64,000 nucleotides of DNA from a virus. The stretch lies in IMG/VR virus record IMGVR_UViG_3300045988_159706, one strand, 5' to 3'. Under the pieces are notes generated by a model. The model ran no database searches. It saw nothing but the letters and a program-made list of their open reading frames with translations, and was not told the DNA's origin. Position numbers and translations under genes: made by a program. Positions 57,742 through 64,000 of the stretch are shown here, in pieces; the stretch's first letter is position 1; every line of letters begins with the position of its first letter.

Positions 57742-60700
57742 TTATATAACTTCGATAACTTTTTGCAAAATTACATTTTTAGTTGAAGAAAACAGTCATC
57801 CTTTATATTCTTTACCAGCAGTTACTACTACAGGATTATTTACTAATATTTCATAGTTTGCATATCAAGTAGCAGGTTTTCCAGGAATTACTGCATTAGG
57901 TAATAATCAGATTTTTAAAGTTATACTTTGTCTTGGTAATACTGCTACATAGCTATAAGACTCTAACATATCAAATCCTGGTCGATAAAATCCTGTAGAA
58001 TCAAATAGTAATGGGATATTACCGTTATTAAATATATCAATTGTATATTTTGATTTAGAACTCATATTATCAAATACAGACGCATCAATATTTAATAGTT
58101 GCACTTTTGATTTTGTAATATTAGATTCATTCATATAAACAGTAATATTCTTTAACCCAGTAAGAGTAACTGTTTGAGTAGTAGAGCTATATGTTAAGTC
58201 CAATACATCCTCATCTGAGCCGCTCATATTGCCATTTACAGAAATATTTTTCGCATATATATTTCCGTCTGAGTCAAAAGAAATATTTCCTGTAGACATA
58301 TGCCCTGTACCAGTTTCAAAATTGAACATAATATTTGGAATAAATGTTCTAACTCCAGGTTTTTCTGGATTTGTACTATTTGCGGGTTCTCCAGGAGTAA
58401 TTGGATTGAAATTTTCATAGTGGGTTGAAATCTCTCCATTTTCATCTACACCTTGTTGACTAAACATATAAGCATCATTAAATACAGCAGAACCAATAAG
58501 AGCGTTAGGAATAATTCCAATTTTGGCATAGAGTGCTTCAAATGCTTCTAACTTAACCCAACTGTTACTTGTATCAGTACTTGGAGATTCATTACTATGT
58601 AATGTTCCTTGCCATGTTCCCACTATATTTAAAACATAATAGTTAGCATCATTAGAATCATATACATAAGGAGTTTTATCTACAGTTCCTTGATATACAG
58701 TATTAACATTATAAATACCTTCAGGATAAATTATTTGTCCTTTAGAACCGTTCTCTCCATTTAACCCATTAGTTCCACTTAATTTAGTGGGAGTACTCCA
58801 GCTACCTTCAATTGTGCCAACTTTATCAGTATTACTTGTATAATTTACTCTGGCTTGAATAAACCAAATATAAGGAGCCTCTTCAGTAGGAGTTGGAACC
58901 GCTAAATTCCAACCTGTCGGTTGTCTTGTCGTTCCAGGAGTACTTGTTCCTCCATAAATTGTTGTAGTTCCTAAACAGTAACGAACTTCGATGCCAATTC
59001 CAGGTAATCCATCAACTCCGTCTTTACCTGCAGGACCAGGATCACCAGTAACTCCAGGTTCTCCTTTTATTTTAGTCCATTTATAGTCAGATGGATCGTC
59101 ACTATCATTTATATTAAAATCTACATATACTCCAATTCAAGCGCCTGGATCTTCTCCATTATTGCTTGTAAAAGTTGTACCTCCATCATTAGAGTATTTA
59201 ATATGTAGATAACTTGTTTTTCCGTCTTCTCCATTAGTACCAGGAATTCCTTGATCGCCCTTTTCTCCTTGAATACCTTCAAATCTTGCCCAAGTATAGT
59301 CAGAAGGATCTGTACTATCTGCTTGAGTAAAATCTACATAAGTTCCAATATATGTACTTGGAGTTTCAGTCATTTGACTTGAAGAAGTTGGATTAGCAAC
59401 AGAAGAATATTTAATATGGAAATATGTGGTTCTTCCGTCTGCTCCTGGAGTTCCAGGAATTCCATCTGTGCCATTTGTTCCATTTTCTCCGCTTATAACA
59501 ACTGGGGTAGTCCAGTTTGTATTTAGAGTATCATCAGGATTAATAGTTGCTGTAGTCATCCAAAGATATCCATCTTTAGATTTTTCAGGAGGAACTATAG
59601 ACCATCCTGAAGGAGTTCTTATTGTTGCATTTAATGTAGGAGGATTTGAATTGCTTGTATTTACAGCAAATCTAAATTCTGTAAATTTGCCATCTTGAGC
59701 TTGGCCATCTCTACCATTAACTGGTATTACTTCTGACCATTCAGTTACAAGCCCTGTCTCCCCATTAACCGTTCCAATACACTGCCACCAGTTTCCACTA
59801 GTTGTAGGATAATCTTCCCATCCAGACGGACTAGGACTATTTCCTGTAGGTTTTGATGGTTTACTATCACTTAATTTATAAACGTATGTTTTCCAATTTG
59901 GTATTACTGCATCCTGTCCCTTTTCTCCTGTCATTTGAACAGGATCTGACCATTCTCCAACAAGAGTAGAATCTCTAAAAGATGCTGTAATTGACCATAT
60001 AATTTCAGAGGATGTATGAACTGGAACCACTGTACTTCATACAGATCCAGGATTCGTATTAGTTTTGTTTACAACAGGAGGAGTATTAACATTACTACTT
60101 TTTGCATACATTAACTTAATACTTAATCCATCCTGACCATCAGAACCGTTTGCTCCATCTTGTCCATTGGTTCCATCCTTACCGTCTTTTCCGTCTTTAC
60201 CATCTGCTCCTTTAGGTAGTCCAAAACTAAATTTGAATATATCTCTCTCTAAAACTACATTAGCATTAGCCTGAGTAGTTGAAGAGACATTTACTACTTC
60301 TGCATCAAAATTAGGAATTTCTCCGCCGCCAGAAATAGTTTTCCATTCAGTATCATAATCAGTATTAGATTTTTTAACTAGAGCTTGCCCAGTAGTACCT
60401 CCTGGAATAATACCTGCTCCAGGATCTCCCTTATCACCTTTAGGACCAGTAACTGAATCACCTTTGTCACCCTTATCCCCTTTGTCACCTTTAGGACCTT
60501 CAGGGCCTTGTTCTCCAGGATCTCCTTTTGGGCCAGCATCACCCTTATCGCCTTTTACTCCTTTTCCATTTGTTCCCATGACAAATTTCCAAAAGATATT
60601 TGGATGAATGCCAACAATAATATCATTTTCAATTATAGGTACAGGCTCATTGGATTCTGATGAAATATGACTTCGTGTACAATACAATAAGCACCCTTTA

Positions 60701-60867
60701 TATGATACAAAATCAATAATGTTTTCATCATTGAAATATCGTGTATTAAGATCCCATGTAGACATCTTAAAAGAAGTTCCTGTATAAAAATCACGAGAAC
60801 TTCTTAATTTATAGTATTCCTCTGAAAGAGCCTTCTCCATAAAAGGATCCTTATTATATTTCTTCAT
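57742..60867 (-). CDS. collagen-like tail fibre protein, 1041 aa when TGA=Trp
   Basis: ATG 60865-60867 to TAA 57742-57744. Merges 60037..60867, 59137..60030 and 57907..58623. The 171-codon stretch 58624-59136 has no stop and no start codon. TGAs at 60037, 59137, 57907, 57865 and 57796. Multiple short G-X-Y arrays. Confidence 0.7.
60415..60576 (-). repeat. collagen-like G-X-Y array (GTNGKGVKGDKGDAGPKGDPGEQGPEGPKGDKGDKGDKGD...); further arrays at about 60124-60222 and scattered through 58740-59960
   Basis: G-X-Y periodicity in the translation and repetitive GGx-rich DNA. Confidence 0.85.
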
Positions 60868-61045
60868 AGTATTGTATTATTTTAATTATTTCATCATTAG
60901 AAGGATTTCCATTCTCGATATAATCAATGGCATTAACTAATTCATTCATTGTAAATAATGTTTTAGTATTAAATTCGTAGCCAATGTTTAAATTTAACAA
61001 TTCATTCGAGAATAACCTATATAGTGTATTATATAGAATTTCCAC
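60854..61045 (-). CDS. hypothetical small protein (63 aa)
   Basis: ATG to TAA ORF that overlaps both neighbours by a few codons. No other support. Confidence 0.4.
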   Translation of the reverse strand: MEILYNTLYRLFSNELLNLNIGYEFNTKTLFTMNELVNAIDYIENGNPSNDEIIKIIQYYEEI

Positions 61046-61805
61046 AGCCGCAATCGTTATTAGAATTATTTAATAAATCTCCGCATAATGAATCACAAGA
61101 AGACATACTATCTAACACTCTCTGAGCCTCAGTTAAATTCCCTATATCCTTTAAATAGTCAAAAACATACATTGCACTTAAAAGAAAATCCCTTCTATTT
61201 CTCAGAGTATTGTCTGTGTCGCATTTATCATAACTACAATGTTTGCAGTTAATAAGTAATAATTGCCGTTGTAAATATACTAAACATCTTTGCAGTTTAC
61301 AAACACTGAATATCTTTTTTACAGGGCAATAGAAAGTTTGTGATGCACCATTATTGTGAACTATTTTGTATGCATCTATATAGTTATCGATTACAATACT
61401 GTTTTTTAGCACCTCTTCATATGAATGCTCATCATCATCTTCAAACTTGCATTTATATAAAGTTTTTCCATCAAAAAATAGTTCATTACTAAGGTTATTA
61501 TAGGTAGTTTCTCCTATTTTAAAATAATCTAAAGTAGGAATTACTAATTTATAGTAACAGTAAGTGCCATCTTTGTCAAGAATAAATTCTGAAGAAAATC
61601 TTGAAAGTAATTGACCTCTCTTGACTACTTCTCTTCTCACCCTGATTGTCCTATCAATGGGAACTCCAGTTTCATTATAACTTAGGAAGTCTAACATGAT
61701 AAAGTTTATCATGTCATCTCCTAAGCTATAATAATCACTGTTATCAATTGCAATTAACTTACAATCAGGTCTGACAATCGTCTGAATAATTAAGCGTTTA
61801 TCCAT
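61029..61805 (-). CDS. hypothetical Cys-rich protein (258 aa)
   Basis: ATG 61803-61805 (TAATG overlap with the portal stop) to TAA 61029-61031. Cys clusters CKHCSYDKCD and SCDSLCG...DCGCG. No TGA. Confidence 0.6.
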   Translation of the reverse strand: MDKRLIIQTIVRPDCKLIAIDNSDYYSLGDDMINFIMLDFLSYNETGVPIDRTIRVRREVVKRGQLLSRFSSEFILDKDGTYCYYKLVIPTLDYFKIGETTYNNLSNELFFDGKTLYKCKFEDDDEHSYEEVLKNSIVIDNYIDAYKIVHNNGASQTFYCPVKKIFSVCKLQRCLVYLQRQLLLINCKHCSYDKCDTDNTLRNRRDFLLSAMYVFDYLKDIGNLTEAQRVLDSMSSCDSLCGDLLNNSNNDCGCGNSI

Positions 61806-64000
61806 TATTCAACTTGTTTTATTTTATCATTATAAGGATTGTTGTCGAACATTTGTGCAACTTGAGCTTGCAATTGTTGTTTTTTAACCTCAATAGATTG
61901 ATCCTGAAAATCTTTATCATTCTTAATCTTTTCATGGTCAAGAGCAACTCTCTGTTGTTCAATTTCAATCTTAGCTTGCTCCATTTGGCTAGCTTGATTT
62001 TGTAATTGAGATAACTGAGACTGCAGTTCTTTATTTTGTTTCAATAGCTCTTGTGCTTGTTGTTCTGTTTGTTGTAACTGCTGTTGAAGTTGCTGAACAA
62101 TAGATTCCTCTTCTTTCTTCATCTTCATTGACTGCTCAACATAACGTTTAAGTTCAGTCATATTTTTTGCAGCTACAATATTAACAATCATTTCGGGATC
62201 AGAATAACCTGCTTTAACTAACTCTGTACTTAAAGCCTTTATAGTTTCTTTATCCTTAAATGTTGCTGTACTATCCTCAATATGGACATCAAAGTCTGTT
62301 ACAGTGTAATGTTCAGGAAGTGCTGAGAATATCTGAGAATATCGATCTCCCAAAATAATAACTCCCTGTAGGCCATTTGGATATACTAATTTAGCAAGAT
62401 TAAGTAAATCATAGTTTACTTCTTTATAGACAGTATCCATGCAATCAAAATACTGCTTAGTTAAAAGACCAGAAGTTGTAACTCCTAATTTAACATTACT
62501 AACAGCATCTCGTTGTTCATATTGTGCAAGCATTTCTGGAAGTACCCCTGTGATAGAGGAGGCTTGCTGTTCAATAGATTGAATGGCTAATTGTATAGCC
62601 TGAATACTTTGTGCTTTAACAGTATCGTCAAATCCATTGAATATTGTATTTAATGGTTGCCCATCTTGAGAAGAGTCAAGAATTCCAACACCATTTTTCT
62701 TATAAGCTAACCATTTTCGGATTCTCTCTGGCAGGCTAACACCAAGAGCAGTTGGAAGGTTAGCTAAGTCTAACCAATCACCCACTGTGCCAGAAGAAGC
62801 AATTAAGTTATCCCTATAAAAAAGTAATAGGTCATATTTATCTTGGAGATTCATAGTATTTAGTACTAAACTAAAAGGATCTCCATTATGATCCAAGAAA
62901 AACATTCCATTTACAGATAACCTACATTTACTTGGATAGTCAGAAGATCTTACTACATTTTCTACTTCTCCTCTAGTAATGTAAATCTCATTTCCAATTT
63001 TAACTCCTTCATGTCTTGTTAAATATCCAGTTTTTTCATCTACTTCAAGCCACTCCACCTCATAAACTGTAATTAAATGAGGATTATAATTTGATAATAG
63101 AGCCTCATCTCCTGGCATTGCAGGGTATGCTTCAAGACCCCCTAAAATACCTGGAGTTAAGTCAGGTCTAGGTAATCCATCAGGAGGAATAGCAGAGGTT
63201 CTTACTAAATAGGTTGTTGTTCTAACATCCCCCATTTTTGGAGCCTCTTTTAGTTTAGCCACCGCCTCAGTAGTTAATTCACTGCGGTATTCATTCAAAA
63301 TCATTTCTCTTGTCATCATCTTACGAATAACTGCTCGTCTAGAATCTGCAAGATAAGGAGAATTTGGATTTCTTTCTATAAATGTATTTAAAGTATTTAA
63401 AGTTTCAAAATTAATATTTTCTCCACTTTCAGTAGGCCTTGTTCTGTAATAACAAGTTCCACTGATAAGCAGATCTGTAAATAAGATTCTCATCTTATTT
63501 TTCATATTAATATTCCTTGATTGCTTTAAATAGCGCAATATATTTTGAGCAGCTATTTCATAGTCTGAAATAAATGTTCTATCTAAATTATCCTGAATAG
63601 TTTTTAGTTCCTTTTCTATAAAAGGATCATTGACAACCTCTTTATTATCTAATAACATAGAAATTATATTATTTTGTAAATATTGATGTAACTTTTCATA
63701 TAATGTTTGATCAATCTTTAATTGCTTTTCTCGCATTATATTTGTTACTGTCAACGAGTCCTTACAGGAAATTTTTAAATCTGGTTCTAACTCAAGATAC
63801 TTTCCAACTAAAACATCAATATGTTTTTTAATTAGTGGAGTGAAGTTTACTGCTGTTGGAGTACCTACTCCATAATTAAATTCAAGACTTTTAAATTGAT
63901 CAGCATCTCGATGACAATGATAGTACTGATAGGCCTTTCTTAACCTAACTTTTTCATATACTAATTCATTAATAGCATCATCTATTAATTGGATTTCTGT
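61805..64000 (-). CDS. portal protein candidate, C-terminal 731 codons (5' end beyond the right edge)
   Basis: The listed ORF 61805..63754 starts at a TTG, but the frame stays open all the way to 64000 (...KAYQYYHCHRDADQFKSLEF...). Large protein at the head of the structural operon with a Gln-rich coiled-coil C-terminus. TAA stop; all Trp are TGG. The portal assignment rests on size and position only. Confidence 0.5.
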   Translation of the reverse strand, partial: TEIQLIDDAINELVYEKVRLRKAYQYYHCHRDADQFKSLEFNYGVGTPTAVNFTPLIKKHIDVLVGKYLELEPDLKISCKDSLTVTNIMREKQLKIDQTLYEKLHQYLQNNIISMLLDNKEVVNDPFIEKELKTIQDNLDRTFISDYEIAAQNILRYLKQSRNINMKNKMRILFTDLLISGTCYYRTRPTESGENINFETLNTLNTFIERNPNSPYLADSRRAVIRKMMTREMILNEYRSELTTEAVAKLKEAPKMGDVRTTTYLVRTSAIPPDGLPRPDLTPGILGGLEAYPAMPGDEALLSNYNPHLITVYEVEWLEVDEKTGYLTRHEGVKIGNEIYITRGEVENVVRSSDYPSKCRLSVNGMFFLDHNGDPFSLVLNTMNLQDKYDLLLFYRDNLIASSGTVGDWLDLANLPTALGVSLPERIRKWLAYKKNGVGILDSSQDGQPLNTIFNGFDDTVKAQSIQAIQLAIQSIEQQASSITGVLPEMLAQYEQRDAVSNVKLGVTTSGLLTKQYFDCMDTVYKEVNYDLLNLAKLVYPNGLQGVIILGDRYSQIFSALPEHYTVTDFDVHIEDSTATFKDKETIKALSTELVKAGYSDPEMIVNIVAAKNMTELKRYVEQSMKMKKEEESIVQQLQQQLQQTEQQAQELLKQNKELQSQLSQLQNQASQMEQAKIEIEQQRVALDHEKIKNDKDFQDQSIEVKKQQLQAQVAQMFDNNPYNDKIKQVE

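Noticed and set aside
1-64000. TGA read as Gly (code 25, Gracilibacteria/Absconditabacteria-type) instead of Trp
   Set aside because: TGA aligns with a TGG Trp in the duplicated GYATQxWVTSQGY motif. It also falls on the conserved terminal Trp of both endonuclease DNA-binding repeats. Local contexts (GDWKDYY, SWKNDWDNG) are aromatic-like.

Overview
All supportable genes in this AT-rich 64-kb window lie on the minus strand. It reads as the late/structural half of a large crAss-like (Crassvirales-type) phage. From right to left: a portal candidate truncated at 64000, small head-proximal genes, then a 13.8-kb locus of seven tail-fibre genes, two with collagen-like G-X-Y arrays. Next come four small genes, a 604-aa structural gene, scaffold and major capsid candidates, head/neck genes, and two very large tail proteins. 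The left third holds a DUF192 gene, a free-standing GIY-YIG homing endonuclease, and about 21.5 kb encoding four giant putative cargo/ejection proteins. The last two of these are a 2490-aa protein with an SF1 helicase core and a 2552-aa virion RNA-polymerase-like protein. The dominant signal is the genetic code. The standard-code ORF track shatters these genes, but adjacent fragments share a frame and are separated only by TGA. By manual codon walking I counted 78 in-frame TGAs. Reading TGA as Trp merges the fragments into 35 genes, all ending in TAA (31) or TAG (4). Two internal calibrations place TGA on Trp: a duplicated fibre motif where TGA aligns with TGG, and the aromatic-x-Trp ends of both endonuclease DNA-binding repeats. 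TGA use is bimodal: absent from capsid-module and GC-rich genes, frequent in tail, fibre and cargo genes. Other points worth a second look:
- a recurrent K-x-Q-x-G-G peptide motif in consecutive cargo genes
- a GC-rich membrane-protein gene with an unresolved start (ATG, five codons, in-frame TAG)
- a cluster of TAG-terminated genes
- duplicated fibre tip modules
- a C9/T9 homopolymer pair in front of a fibre gene
- a possible frameshift or indel at an A6 run
I found no tRNA, rRNA or CRISPR array, and no credible plus-strand gene. All coordinates, frames and counts come from manual reading. Family assignments come from remembered motifs, not database searches.
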